A stretch of DNA of 64,000 bases, from NCBI GenBank assembly GCA_951406725.2, contig OX597816.1, positions 144,894,001 to 144,958,000 on the forward strand, in the 5' to 3' direction. Positions 12,143 through 24,690 of this stretch are shown in pieces. Origin of the DNA: Octopus vulgaris (Eukaryota). The notes beneath the pieces were generated by a model, which was given only the letters and a program-made list of their open reading frames with translations, had not been told where the DNA came from and searched no databases. A program made the translations under genes and the position numbers. Positions within the stretch are counted from its first letter, which is position 1; each line of letters starts with the position of its first letter.

Positions 12143-13008
12143 TAGGTCTGATCAATAAGTATCTGGACTGTTGCTATAGTAACCAGGCAAAAGCACGCAG
12201 GGTGAAGCCGCTGGGCAGAAATTTACCTTAACCTCTGCCGTGCATGCACACTTAGTTTTAATGTTCTCGCTTACTTCTGCTATTTACAGCAGTGCTTGGA
12301 AAGAAGGTATGTAGCGTGTGCTCGTCGCATTGTCCATGGCAGAGAAAGTTGTCATGGTGATACCTGCTCAGGTAGAAAGTTGCAGAAAGCATATGGAGAG
12401 GAGTGTATGAGCCACACACAGGTGTACGAGTGGTTCAGACTTTTCCAAGGTGGCTGAAAAATATCAATATTGACGAACGTTCTGGGAGACCCGCACCCAA
12501 CGGAACTGAGAAAAGCATTGCAGATGTGCATGCAGTTGTGAGGGGAAATCGTTGAATCATCATCTGTGAGTTATCAGAGGATGTTCAGATTAGTTACGGT
12601 TCAGTTCAGTGCATTATCACTGAAAATTTGGGTATGAGACGTGTGTCTGCCATTTTGTGCCAAAACTGCTTTCAGCTGACCAAAGAGACACTTGAGTTTC
12701 AGCAGCACAAGATCTCATTGATTGTGTTTAGAACGATGAAAACATTTTGAAAGTTTTGCATAGGCCTTTTGGCAAAATTTGATGCAGATTCTCTGCTCAG
12801 CTTTCTCTGTCATTGTCAATGTGATGATGACACGCTACACACGTTCCTTCCAAGCACTGCTGTAAACAGCAGAAATGAGCTAGAACGTTAAAACTCAGTG
12901 CACATGCAAAACAGAGTCCAAGGTCAATTTGTGCTTAGTAGCTTCAATCTGCGTGCTTTAGCTTCGTTACTATAGCAATAGTCCGAATACTTATTGATTA
13001 GATTACGT
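12143..13008 (+). mobile_element. Internally deleted mariner with ~180-bp inverted termini
   Basis: 12143-12320 is the inverted match of 12830-13008; the interior reads LQKAYGEECMSHTQVYEWFR...DERSGRP (mariner HTH region). Confidence 0.8.
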
Positions 13009-14138
13009 ATACTGTTATTTATATGTAAAAGATCCTATAAGGCCATGTCCTAAATCTCGGCTTGAAATAAAACTAATGATTGATACTTGCAGCTTCTCAG
13101 TGGGGAAGAAGGGTGACATTCTATTGTAACAATTTGATATTTAGAGGCCTTCAAGCATTTTGAAAGAAATCAGAAATGTAAATGAATTTCTATAGTACCA
13201 TTCAAAGAAAACTTCAATTAACTCCTAAATAGAATACAGAAGCAGCTAAACTATACAATAATACACGCAGAGAAAACCAGCTTTCTCATATTCTATAACT
13301 GATCAATTACCAGTCATAAAGATTCAACAAAAGCTGGATAAAGAAACAAAAGACTTGAAGGTACTATGGCAGAAGTAGCAGAAACACAAAAGCAAAGTGA
13401 CCTGCAATGGGATCAAATTCTGAATCAGATTTTTGTGAAACGATCTTTAACTGCACATCTATGACTAACATCAGTCAGACACTTTTTTTTTTTTTTTTTT
13501 TTGCTGTTCTGGGACAACATAACTTTCAACAGACTTAATGGTAATCAAATTATAGTTACAAAAAGGATACATTTGGCAAGCACACAAAAAAAAAAATTAG
13601 AGGGGAGGTAACTGTAAAAATATTTTGAAGAATGATTTCCCTTGAAAATACAACTTACAACTTAAAAAATATTTATTATTGCTTTCAGACAGTTTTTCGA
13701 AATCATTGGCAGTGGTTACTGGGAAAAACATTAAATAGATATTCGCAAACAGGTCTCTCTTCATCGAAAACCGGTGATTACCCTACGTTGACAAGAGGCA
13801 AATACCTAGAAACTGCAGTCCGTGCGTATCACTTAGGTTTACGAGAGAGGGATGACCTCCCTTCGCAAATATCATAAGACCACAGAAAGTGTGCCTAAAG
13901 CCAGCTGGAGACGATGATCTCCTGGGGCTAAAAGCTACAGTAACACCCACTCTTAGTGGTTAGCCATATTGAGATGGCTAGTATACTTTACGTTGTCGAG
14001 CGGTTACTGTTTATATCTCGTTCAGAGATTTATTATAACTTTAAAAATATTTTCCTTTTTTCTCTTTTTTTTTTTTTGGAAGTGGCTTTTTTTCTGAATA
14101 ATTCAATATTATTCGACTTATTTCTATATAGTTAATTT

Positions 14139-14364
14139 ACAATGTGGAGGTCAATGGGTACCCCCATTTCTCTTGCACACCAAGTATTTAGTATCTATCT
14201 TTTGTTCCCAAATTGTAAAAGCACAGCTATTTAGATGAGGTGAGACAGATTTAAAGTCTTGTAAATGTTGGTATACTCAAGCTTATAGTGTATATAACTA
14301 TCCATAACTGTGTTGATATGGTGTGTATTTCTTTTCCAAGTCACTTGAGACGATCAGTTCAGTT
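14139..14364 (+). repeat. ~225-bp direct repeat, copy 1 (copy 2 at 16923-17148)
   Basis: Near-identical sequence acaatgtggaggtc...gatcagttcagtt, about 2 mismatches seen. Confidence 0.9.
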
Positions 14365-14925
14365 TTATATTTCTAAGTTTTATATTTCTTTTTACTGAAT
14401 GTATAAGTATGCATGCATTTGTGTGTGTGTGTATACGAAATAAGCTAGCTAGCTAGATAGATAAATAGTACTGTTCATGTATGTATATATGCTTTTCTTT
14501 CGGGTTTATTTGATTATTTTTTTTATCTTCACAGAATTTAAAACAGGTACTACAAAGTGGCGAGTCGCTTATGTTGCTGTTTAAAACAGCTCTTTGGGTA
14601 TGCGGTTACCTGAATTGGTTGGTTTGTGCATATATATATATACCTGTGCGTGTATGCGTATGTACGCGTGGATAAACTTGCACCTGTGTAGTGGATGTGC
14701 ATATAAATATAGCACAGAAGTCTATGCGCTTCAGAATTCTTTATGCATATGCATATGTAAGTATTCCATATTTAAAAGTGATTGCATGCATGTTTTCAAC
14801 CATGGAGTTACAAATGAAAAACCCCTGGAGTGTTTTGCTAATTTTTACTATATTTCTAATCTCCTGTATTTGGAGAACGCGAATCAGTTTTATTTGTTCT
14901 CTTTTTGGAGAACTCCATCATTTAT

Positions 14926-15675
14926 TTTATTACCCTGCGCGCGTAAGCGAAAGCAGGATGCTGTAATCACTCACCTAAATCTGTTTGTCTGTGCATTTAC
15001 AAAATTACTGGGAAACGGCTGAACGGATTTTCACCAAATTTGGCAGAAATACTCACTGGATGAATGGCTCAAAAAGATGAGCATTTGGTTTTATTATCTT
15101 GAAAAATAAAAGAATAATATTCTTTTAATCGAGCTTGCAGATTTCCCGATGAGCAAGTGGTCATTATTATTTTGTTCACTTTCTTTTTCAAATGAATCGA
15201 CTGTCGTCTACGTGTGTATAGATCATGGTATAACTATGTGCGTAGACACGTGTTGATACATACACATATACATACATGCATGCATGCATGCATGCATACA
15301 TACATACATACATACATACATACATACATACATACATACATACATACATTCGTGCATGCATACATACATTTGCGACTCTGTGTGTGTATGTGTGTGTGTA
15401 CAGTTAGGAATTCGAGGGTTTCATTTGTTTACGACTTGATTTCTTAATTTCACCGGGGTATAAATACCTATAATGGTATGAGTTAAAAAAACAAAATATT
15501 TTTTTTAGTCGAACTCACAAATTTCCCGATAAGCAAGTGGTCATATTATTTTGTTCACTTTCTTCATATGAATCGACCCTCGTCTGCGACATGTGTGGGT
15601 ACATACATACATACATACATACATACATACATGCATGCATGCATGCATACATACATACATACATACATACATACA

Positions 15676-15706
<31 letters not shown>

Positions 15707-15840
15707 GTGACTGTATCTGTTTGTGTGTGTGTGCCTGTGTGCATGCGTGTATGTGCGTGCGTGTATGTGCGTGTGTGTATGTGTGTACTGTGATGGATTC
15801 GATTTTGTTTATTTATCAGTTGATTTCATAATTTCACTGT
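14926..15840 (+). mobile_element. Helentron-associated (DINE-1/HINE-like) non-autonomous element with an internal ~380-bp tandem duplication and (TACA)n arrays
   Basis: Start ttattaccctgcgcgcg, then ctgtttgtctg and acggattttcaccaaatttgg; 15115-15452 is similar to 15495-15837. Confidence 0.5.
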
Positions 15841-15989
15841 TCTTAGGCTTCTAATCCTCTTCTAGTAAAACACAAAGTTTACAACGTTTACAAAGTCCAG
15901 TTAAAAGGCATGGGTAAGCAACGCGTTCTAAGTCAGACTATAATTTGCGAAAAGATTCATCGGCCTTTTTTTTTTAAATTTAATTTAAT

Positions 15990-16480
15990 TTTTTAAACAA
16001 AACCTGTTGTTACATAGCCCATTGAATTTATAATGTGTACAAATGAAAATCTATATAGTGAATATAAGAGTTGTACGTTTCTCTTTAGTTCTCCATAGGT
16101 GTTCTTTTTGCCTCTAATTTTTCCCCAGCCAGGCAATTGATCTCTACAACGGTAGGTGACTTTTGAACCTTGTCCCATGCGGCGATATATGGCCTATCAA
16201 GGTTGTTGCTTTTCTTTTCTTTTAATAGTCCATCAATATTCTTTTTAAAGGCGTTGATTATTTCTGGTTCTGGTGCTTTTGCTATGGCTATTAGGAAAAT
16301 GCTTCTTGCGTATAGCATTATAGACGGCCTTGGAAAGCTTGTGTCTTGCGGATATTTATAAACAGACAGCTGCTGATGATATGGATATCATCACCAGCTC
16401 ATGGAAAGCTTGTATCTTGCAGATAATTGCGATGATATAGATGATGATGATATGGATGGTATTTTCGACGCTGGTATGAC
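15990..16480 (-). mobile_element. R4/Dong-like non-LTR retrotransposon 3' remnant (restriction-like endonuclease, RLE)
   Basis: HIISSC...RHKLSKAVYNAIRKK; RPYIAAWDK...VVEINC (consensus RPD..WD...E..CP); TYGELKRNVQLLY...MGYV. Confidence 0.6.
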
Positions 16481-16495
16481 ACAATCAACATATTC

Positions 16496-16904
16496 TTATT
16501 TCTTTATTGCCCACAAGGGGCTAAACATAGAGGGGACAGACAAACGGATTAAGTCGATTATATCGACCCCAGTGCGTAACTGGTACTTATTTAATCGATC
16601 CCGAAAGGATGAAAGGCAAAGTCGACCTCGGCGGAATTTGAACTCAGAACGTAACGGCAGACGAAATGCCTATTTCTTTACTACCCACATGAGGCTAAAC
16701 ACAGACGGGACAAACAAGGACAGACAAACGGATTAAATCGATTATATCGACACCAGTGCGTAACTGGTGCTTAATTTATCGACCCCGAAAGGATGAAAGG
16801 CAAAGTCGACCTCGGTGGAATTTGAACTCAGAACGTAACGGCAGACGAAATACCGCTACGCATTTGGCCCGGTGTGCTAACGTTTCTGCCAGCTCGCCGC
16901 CTTA
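16496..16904 (-). mobile_element. SINE family B, dimeric
   Basis: Two tandem core units; flanked by aatcaacatattct / aatccacatattct (TSD, 1 mismatch). Confidence 0.85.
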
Positions 16905-16922
16905 GAATCCACATATTCTATC

Positions 16923-17148
16923 ACAATGTGGAGGTCAATGGGTACCCCCATTTCTCTTGCACACCAAGTATTTAGTATCTATCTTTTGTTCCCAAATTGT
17001 AAAAGCATAGCTATTTAGATGAGGTGAGACAGATTTAAAGTCTTGTAAATGTTGGTATACTCAAGCTTATAGTGTATATAACTATCCATAACTGTGTTGA
17101 TATGGTGTGTATTTCTCTTCCAAGTCACTTGAGACGATCAGTTCAGTT
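16923..17148 (+). repeat. ~225-bp direct repeat, copy 2
   Basis: Matches 14139-14364. Confidence 0.9.
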
Positions 17149-17879
17149 GTCCTCAATTCACCAGGAATAGATGTACATTCAAAGTACCTATTCAGGAGTT
17201 GTACACCTAATCTCTTGGTATTGATGTCTCATGATAATTTTTTATAACTTCTCTGCAGGCATTTCTCAAATTGAGATTAAACTATTCTCCTTCCTGAACT
17301 TCTTTACGAATGCTTGTCAAACTAAATTGAAAGTAGAAGCGAAAAAAAGGATAGATATTACAGACCCTTACTGCTGGTTAAAAAGAATATAAACACATTC
17401 TTACCACATTATTGATGCGTGGAGAAAGAAGCAGATGAGTTTCCTGACTCGCCATTTCACGATTTGTTAACTGCTTCTCAGTATTTTTCCCTCACAGCAT
17501 TACATGTGGTAATTACTTCGCTTCGGATGTTTCCCAATTTCCATTGAAAATCTTTTTATTTTCTTATCAAATTCTACACGCCCTTGTCAAAACAATATTC
17601 TACCACGGAAGAATGAATGAATGAATAATACACTTGCTTTTAAAATGTAAACAAAGTTTTGGTTTTCCTTCCTCCTTTCGCTATTTCATGTAATCTTTAA
17701 TATTTCTATACATTTAAAATTACATTATTTCAAATTTCGCGGTGGTCGACTTTGCCTTTCATCATTTCGAGATCAATAAAATAAATACCAGTTGAGCATA
17801 ATTATACAAATTTTGTTACATATATAACAAGTATGTATATGATACATGTATATATATATAGTTCGAAAGCAAGACAAAA

Positions 17880-20385
17880 AAAAAAGAGGGATAAAGAAAA
17901 GCAAGAAAAACATTAATGCCGCACCAAGTGCTTCAGATAGTCACACACCACAAGGTTCGACAGAACCTATTGAAGCAAGCCAGCACGCTCGCGGCATTAC
18001 CACAGGCGATGGCGAGGCTGAGGCGTTGGAAAAGCTAAGCACCCTCATGGGCATCATGTAACACCTTGTTGAAGTGAGATGCCAACAATAACAAGGACTT
18101 CGCCGTTAGTGGTCCAGTGCATCCAAACGTTTCAAATGCGACAGGTTTTGAAAAGATAGTTCACTGCCAGGTCCCGATACATCAGGGTTTCGTTCCATTC
18201 GGTTATGGAAGAAGTAACCCTCCTATTTACTGTAGCATCCAGGATGTGGGAGGGTGCAAAAGAGTCACAGACCGTGGCCTCCCAGATACAGCACCTACCT
18301 CTTACCCTGGGACCGAAGGTAAGACTATCTGGTCTCTTCCCATCACTTCTGGATAATCCCACCGACCCCAGAACTGAGGGAAAAGTAATCCGAGCTGTGA
18401 TCTGCTTAATGATTAATTTAGCTCGGTGTAACGGGCGAAGCGACCAACATTTAGGCGGCAAAATAAACCGTGAAGACCTGTGGAATCGAGGAGGATACCA
18501 CAGCGACATCTCATTCCTTCACAGGCGTCAGCTCCCACTCTGACTGCAATGGAGATGCGGAACTCATCAAGATTGAGTATACCTCCAATGTTAGCCACAG
18601 ACAGGGTATCAGTCCAGTCTCCTGAGAATTTAGCTCTAGCAGAAATTAGGCGACTTCTTGAAAATTGATTAGATTGATCAAGGAGAGAGTTGAAAGTGGC
18701 ACCTGAACGCAGACTGTCCCATACTCTCTGCTTCCGTCTATACACAACTGTAATAGCAACTGACAAACCGAGCTCTCTCCATTGTACCAAAGCTTCATCC
18801 ATCTCCCTGTTGGAATTAGTCCTTGTTGGAGAGGAGAGAATGTTGCCTATTAAAGAAGATATTGCAGACCTAGATCCCCAAACCGTTTAGGCAAAGCTAC
18901 CTGTTCGTGGGACTCTGACGAGAGTCTGACATTGACCAAACATTCGAGTTTCCTGAAGATTAGGTTGTCAAAGCATTGGAATGATAACAATAATCCATTA
19001 GAGGGACTAACTTTGAGAAAATTCAATAACTTAGAAATCGGCAAGTAATTCCTAAGTATATATAAAAAAAAAACAAATAACAAAACCTTGGTGAGGCTCA
19101 ATTACCTCAAGGTCTTTTTTTTTTAATTGTTCAAGGTTAGCCATTTTGGATCGAAAGTTGAACTCGAAAGCTCGGTCAGTAATTGGGGCAACAAGAAAGC
19201 ACAACGCTGATGAAGGATGAACTGCGATAGAGGAGAAGGAGCTTGTAAACAGGTCTACAGTCTGTTCATGTGAAGCTGGATGGTTGAGGAGTCAGAGCTC
19301 ACTTTTGGAACTGTTAACGCTAAGGCCCCTATGACCAAGTTTCGCAATCACGACTTTGTCAGGAGGGCTCCCCATACAAGCATCATCAAGATACTAGACA
19401 TTTAAGTCTAGGTCAATTCTCATCTTGGTAACATCATCAATACCCATTGCAAATAGAGCAGGTCCAAGTGGGCCGGCCTGTTGGACTCCAGAGGTAGATG
19501 GGATGAGGTGGTCACCAAAGAAGAGGTGGGGGGGGGCTCCCGATAAGCTTGCCAAGCAAAGTGATAGAGTTGTGGGGCATTCACCCATACGGCACGGAGG
19601 ATGACATCCCGGCTGATGGAACTGAAGGCATTCCTAATTATGAGGATTACTTTTGTGGACTTGAGGGCAAGTTCGTGAAAGCCCTGGCGGCATGAGCAGC
19701 AGCCTCACAACCTAGCTTAGTACCCGCTCCTAGCTGAGTAGGACACTGTCGGAAGTTGAAAACAAGTTGTAGAAAACTTGGTGAGTTGGGCAACTGTAGC
19801 TAGTCATCGTGGGGGCGGGGCGGAGTATTTTCTCATTCAGTTGATTGAGGGAGTCTGTGGTACATGGATGTGGGATGATAGAGAGGAGAGAAGGCGAACA
19901 GCCCCTTTAATGTCGAAATCACTGAATTGGGCATTAACGGCCTTCTTTAAGTTATGTGGTCGACCATTGCTCGGGTTGTGCTGATCACCGACCTGAGATG
20001 AACAATGATTGGGGTGGATTCGAACAGCTCAAACTGCCGTTTAAGGGAATATGTCAGGATCCACAATTCACGTTCGTCACGTGGAGAGAAACCAAAATGA
20101 ATAGAAACAATTTCTGCCAATCTTAGGTGTTGTTGGATAGGCAGATGTTCTTCAACAGTTTCGAGAGAAAGAGAACACGGGTGAGACAAAACCGAACTCC
20201 CACACGGATCCGATTGATGAGCTTCAACAAGCCTTAGAAGGCGACGGCAAAATACTCAACAGCGATCTGGACTTCAGAGAGCAAAGTTCTGTCCTACTAA
20301 TTATGTTGCGGCTGAAGTGGCATTGGTTGCATGTCCAGTTTGAGAAACTTTCGGCTTGAACCTTAATAATGCCAACGCAACTTTT
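17880..20385 (-). mobile_element. CRE-like non-LTR retrotransposon (RT plus RLE), decayed
   Basis: GVQQAGPLGPALF (RT), LPKRFGDLG, CRCG...GLHGLFC...GRFARY (CCHC region), DGKRPDSLT...WEATVCDSFAPSH (RLE). Confidence 0.8.
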
Positions 20386-20392
20386 GCGGTAA

Positions 20393-20800
20393 CAGGAGTG
20401 GCTGTGTGGTAAGTAGTTTGCTTATCAACCACATGGTTCCGGGTTCAGTCCCACTGCGTGGAAACTTAGGCAAGTGTCTTCTACTATAGCCTCGGGCCGA
20501 CCAAAGCCTTGTGAGTGGATTTGGTAGACGGAAACTGAAAGAAGCCCGTCGTGCATATGTATATATATATGTGTGTGTGTGTGCGTGTATGTTTGTGTGT
20601 CTGTGTTTGTCCCCCTAGCATTGCTTGACAACCGATGCTGGTGTGTTTATGGCCCCGTAACTTAGCGGTTCGGCAAAAGAGACCGATAGAATAAGTACTG
20701 GGTTTACAAAGAATAAGTCCCAGGGTCGAGTTGCTCGACTAAAGGCGGTGCTCCAGCATGGCCGCAGTCAACTGACTGAAACAAGTAAAAGAGTAAAGAG
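20393..20800 (+). mobile_element. SINE family A (tRNA-derived head, microsatellite middle)
   Basis: caggagtggctgtgtggtaag...gggttcagtccc head and gaaacaagtaaaagagtaaagagta tail; near-identical copies at 41668, 49780 and 61037. Confidence 0.85.
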
Positions 20801-21196
20801 TACACAAATGGCATTCGATAGTCTTCAAATAGTGACTTGTACGGGTGCAGAGAACACAGCTTGGGAGAGTACAGGTAGGATCAGTGGGGTCGGCATTAGA
20901 ATTAGAATTCGGACGGGAAGGGAATATTGGTGGGGGAAGATTGGTGCTGGGGGTAGAGTGGGGTAGCTGGGTGAACAGCTGAGCATTGCTCGATGTAATC
21001 GACTTAACTCTTCTCCGAACTTGCTAGCCTTGAACCAAAATTTGAAATCATTATTTTTATACATTGCTCATAAACACGCTGTGCTTTTCCAAATTCACTG
21101 TAAAAAGATTTACTTTGTACGAAGATTGCAGAACAGCGACAAATCAGTTTCAGTTTCTAATTACAAACTGGAAGAATGCCTTGTTCCGTTTATTAA

Positions 21197-21245
21197 TCAC
21201 GTGACCTCGACTCAAAAGTCACATGACACTTATTCCAAGATGGCG
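21197..21245 (+). promoter_or_regulatory. COMMD10 proximal motifs: two CLEAR/M-box-like E-boxes and a YY1-like motif over the start codon
   Basis: TCACGTGAC at 21197-21205, GTCACATGAC at 21218-21227, CAAGATGGCG at 21236-21245. Confidence 0.5.
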
Positions 21246-21268
21246 TTGTTGTTTTCAAGTACGTCCAG
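21240..21268 (+). CDS. COMMD10: COMM domain-containing protein 10, coding exon 1 (MALLFSSTS)
   Basis: ATG in aagATGG context; donor AG|gtacgt; phase joins exon 2 in frame. Confidence 0.75.
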
Positions 21269-22620
21269 GTACGTTCGTTCATTGTTTATAATATATGTAG
21301 ATTATCGGCATATATTGCTTTTGTTTTTGTATGTGTAGATATAAATTTCCTAGCCTAGTTCAGTTATTAAAATCTATAAATTATAAAAGTCTGAACACAC
21401 ATTCGACTGCTAACCCGTTAATGCAATTCTACTGACTTTCGTATGACTTATTCCATTTCGGCAATTTCTAATGTTTATAAGGAGGTTGTGTTTATTGGAC
21501 TTTTAGGAAAATATTCACGTTTAATGAACATTGGTTTAGTATTACACAAAATGCATTTTTCAGTGCTTTTAGCCTCTTACGAACAGCAGTGTCAAATAGT
21601 CTAACTGCACTTTTAATTTTTTTTTAAATGACATTCTCCCATTTTTATAATCAACAATTTTTCTCTGTGTACATGTACGTGTATATATATATATACAGTT
21701 TGTGTGTGTGTTTGATTGCTTGAATACCGTCATGGATGTTGAGTTGATCTTTATATTTGCTATTACTGTAAAAAAAAAAGGGGGCGTGTATTTTTCGACT
21801 CCGCTCATAAAAAATTCGCATCTAATTCTTTTTTTTTTTTTTTTTTAAATACACATTTAGAGGTTACTAATTATTGTTAATAATGATATCAATATTGTTT
21901 AGCGTTTACAATTTGCATGAATCTGTGCTTTTGTATATAGAGCACACTATAATCATTCGCTAATAATTCCATATATATATATAAGTGTGCATAAATTCAT
22001 CATCGATATATCTGAATATTGCTGCCGATAGAATATATTTTTTTTCTTCGTATTCTAGATGCAATATGTATTTATATAATTATCTTTATGTTACATAGAG
22101 TTAAGAGCCAGAAAAGTTTTCAGTTCTAATTTCTTGGTGTTGGAAAAATGCTTGCCACTTATAGAAACTTTTATCCTCCATCCATTTTGTATAATTCTAA
22201 GTGTTTGTATATTGTGATAAATATGCTTTATATATATATATATATATATGCACAAGCAATTTCAAATTTCACATGAAGGAAGGGAAGTAACTCTTTTCTG
22301 TCATTGTTATCTTGGCGCTGCCCACCTACATACTGGTTTCATTACAGCGGCACGACAAACTCGTATTTTTAAACAGTTCGTTGGGATGTTCTGGTATTCA
22401 TACCTTCCTACTTCTGAGAAAATTCAGTATTAATAATCGTAATTGGCTCGTAACTTTAATATCTGGAGAGGAACGAAAACTACAGTAAACGGAACTTATA
22501 ACCTATAAGCAACGAGTCCAACATGTATCCATTTTGCATTTCATGTTTTTATGCTTTCCTTAGTATCTCCTCTACTAAGGTTCTAATTGATACTCAATCG
22601 CTTCTACGGTACTATTTAAG

Positions 22621-22835
22621 AAGAGTGGTCTCGGTGCGCGCACTCGCGCATCCGCGCTAGCTAGTCGTGACTAGTCGATCCTACAACGACTACCTAGCAA
22701 AGTAAATAAAACACAAAATAAATAATTTTTTTAAAACAAAGTGAATAAAACAAAGACACACAGTAAGGCTCGACTAGTCACGACTAGCTAGTGCGGATGC
22801 GCGAGTACGCGAGTGCGCGCACCAGGACCACTCTT
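22621..22835. mobile_element. CpG-rich MITE in COMMD10 intron 1
   Basis: ~65-bp inverted arms aagagtggtc...gactagtcga / tcgactagtc...gaccactctt; TTAA at or near both ends. Confidence 0.8.
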
Positions 22836-23108
22836 AATACTCAATGGGAAGCTTTCATATTATCTATCACCAATTGTTACTGAATAGCTAAATGTAAGTT
22901 TATTGCTAATGAATATATATATATATATATATAAAGATAGGTAGATTGAGAGGTTAGTTACAGGATTCATTCGAATCTTGGCACATCAACACATAGGATG
23001 CCAGGACTAGTTGGGTACCATAATGTTGTGTTCACTATAAGGTAAAACAGCTATTAGGTGTCATTTGTTGGTAGAGTATTGCAGGTATGTATGCGTGTGT
23101 GTGTATAC

Positions 23109-23164
<56 letters not shown>

Positions 23165-24599
23165 GAATGGAGTTGAACGACTAGTTAACAAATATCCTTT
23201 ATTCTCGACATATGTTTCAAAGGCTGCATATTCCTAATTCCGAAGGAATAAGGAGTACATTATGCAGATTTCTCATCAAGAAAATCAAGGAACTTATGTC
23301 GACATCAAAATGCACAAAAAACTTTTAGCTGACCGCTCTCAAGGAGCCCATGGCGATAATGAGTGTCTCTTTATAAGGAGTGACGTCAGAGTGGCTGAAT
23401 GTAGATTCTTCTATATATATATATACTATAGGTACCAAATCCAATATAAACTGTACATCTGATTCAGCATTGAGTCCAGTTGTGACGTACATATAAAAGA
23501 ACACCACAAATAAAGTTTGAACCCTATTTGTGTTCTTTGATATGTGTGTGTGTGTGATCGCCATCATGATCTCTTTGTGTTCACTTCCTTTGATGGCATG
23601 ATTTGTATGGTTCAACAGGATCTAATGGATTAGAAGAAAATCCCTTGGTCCAGTATTACAGTTTTAGTTTGAATTCTACATTTGGATACTCTTCCTAACA
23701 CCAGCCACTTTACAGAGTGTACTGAATACATTTTTTTGAAGCACCAACACTCTAGAGGTTGTTTTACCCTTTATAAGGCTAGAAAGTCCTCTGAAACCCT
23801 GCATTGTCTCTGCTTGATTTGCCAACCACATTACAGAGTGTAGTAGGTGCTTCTTTTATGCAACCAATTCTGGTGAAATCACCTTATAACCTACTGTATA
23901 AAAGAGCATCCACTACAAAAGACAGAATTGAGAAGAAATGATGGTTTTATATGAGGTGTTAGGAGACGTTACTGTAAGCTGTGGGAAAAGGATTTTTTGG
24001 TGGATATGGCATCTTTCTGCAAAACTTGATTTACTATACTGGTGACTAGGTTGGGGCATATGTTGGGTGTACTTACTGTCTGATGGAAAGAATGGATTTA
24101 TTGTTGTGAGGGGTGGTAATAGAGAAAATAACACGATGTAGAGAAGGAAGAGATGTCAAAGCACATTCCCAAAATAACATGGCGTAGCAGGTGAATAGAA
24201 GGGAGCAGAGTGGCAGAAGACTCATAGGAAATGAGTGAAGGTTGAAAGACTTGCAGTCCCACCACTTCATATTCAAACATCATAATTTGGAAGAATAGGA
24301 GGAGTTGCAGATAGCGAGAGATAATCTCTTCCTTGATAAGATATTGTTCTATGACAGGTATATTTTTTTCTTACTAGTGTAATTACAAATACAGCAATGA
24401 AACACTTGTCAATTCTTCAGTCCTGCCATTGCTTGTCATTGCAAATCATGCCAACCATTGTACTTAGAAGTGGCTGGACTTTGCTTTGAAAGTGAAGTAT
24501 CTTAGTTACAGACAGTATAATGTTATACCAAACAGGCATAGTACCTGTTTAGAAAAATTATTTCCAGAACAGTTACTGATTTTTGTTTTCTTTCTTCAG

Positions 24600-24690
24600 C
24601 ATCCAGAAAGCAGTGAGTTTCATCAATAACTTGGATCCAAAATTATTTACTCCAATATTGTCCCGTATTTTGCAGAAAATAGACTTGAAG
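24600..24690 (+). CDS. COMMD10: COMMD10 exon 2 (SIQKAVSFINNLDPKLFTPILSRILQKIDLK)
   Basis: tttcttcag| acceptor and |gtgagt donor; matches vertebrate KKAVSLIN...LTRILQKLHLK. Confidence 0.92.

Noticed and set aside
15214-15831. YIHT/MYVC repeat ORFs
   Set aside because: (TACA)n microsatellite translations.
14139-17148. LTR retrotransposon bounded by the 225-bp repeats
   Set aside because: No PBS, PPT, TSD or gag/pol; the interior consists of unrelated elements.
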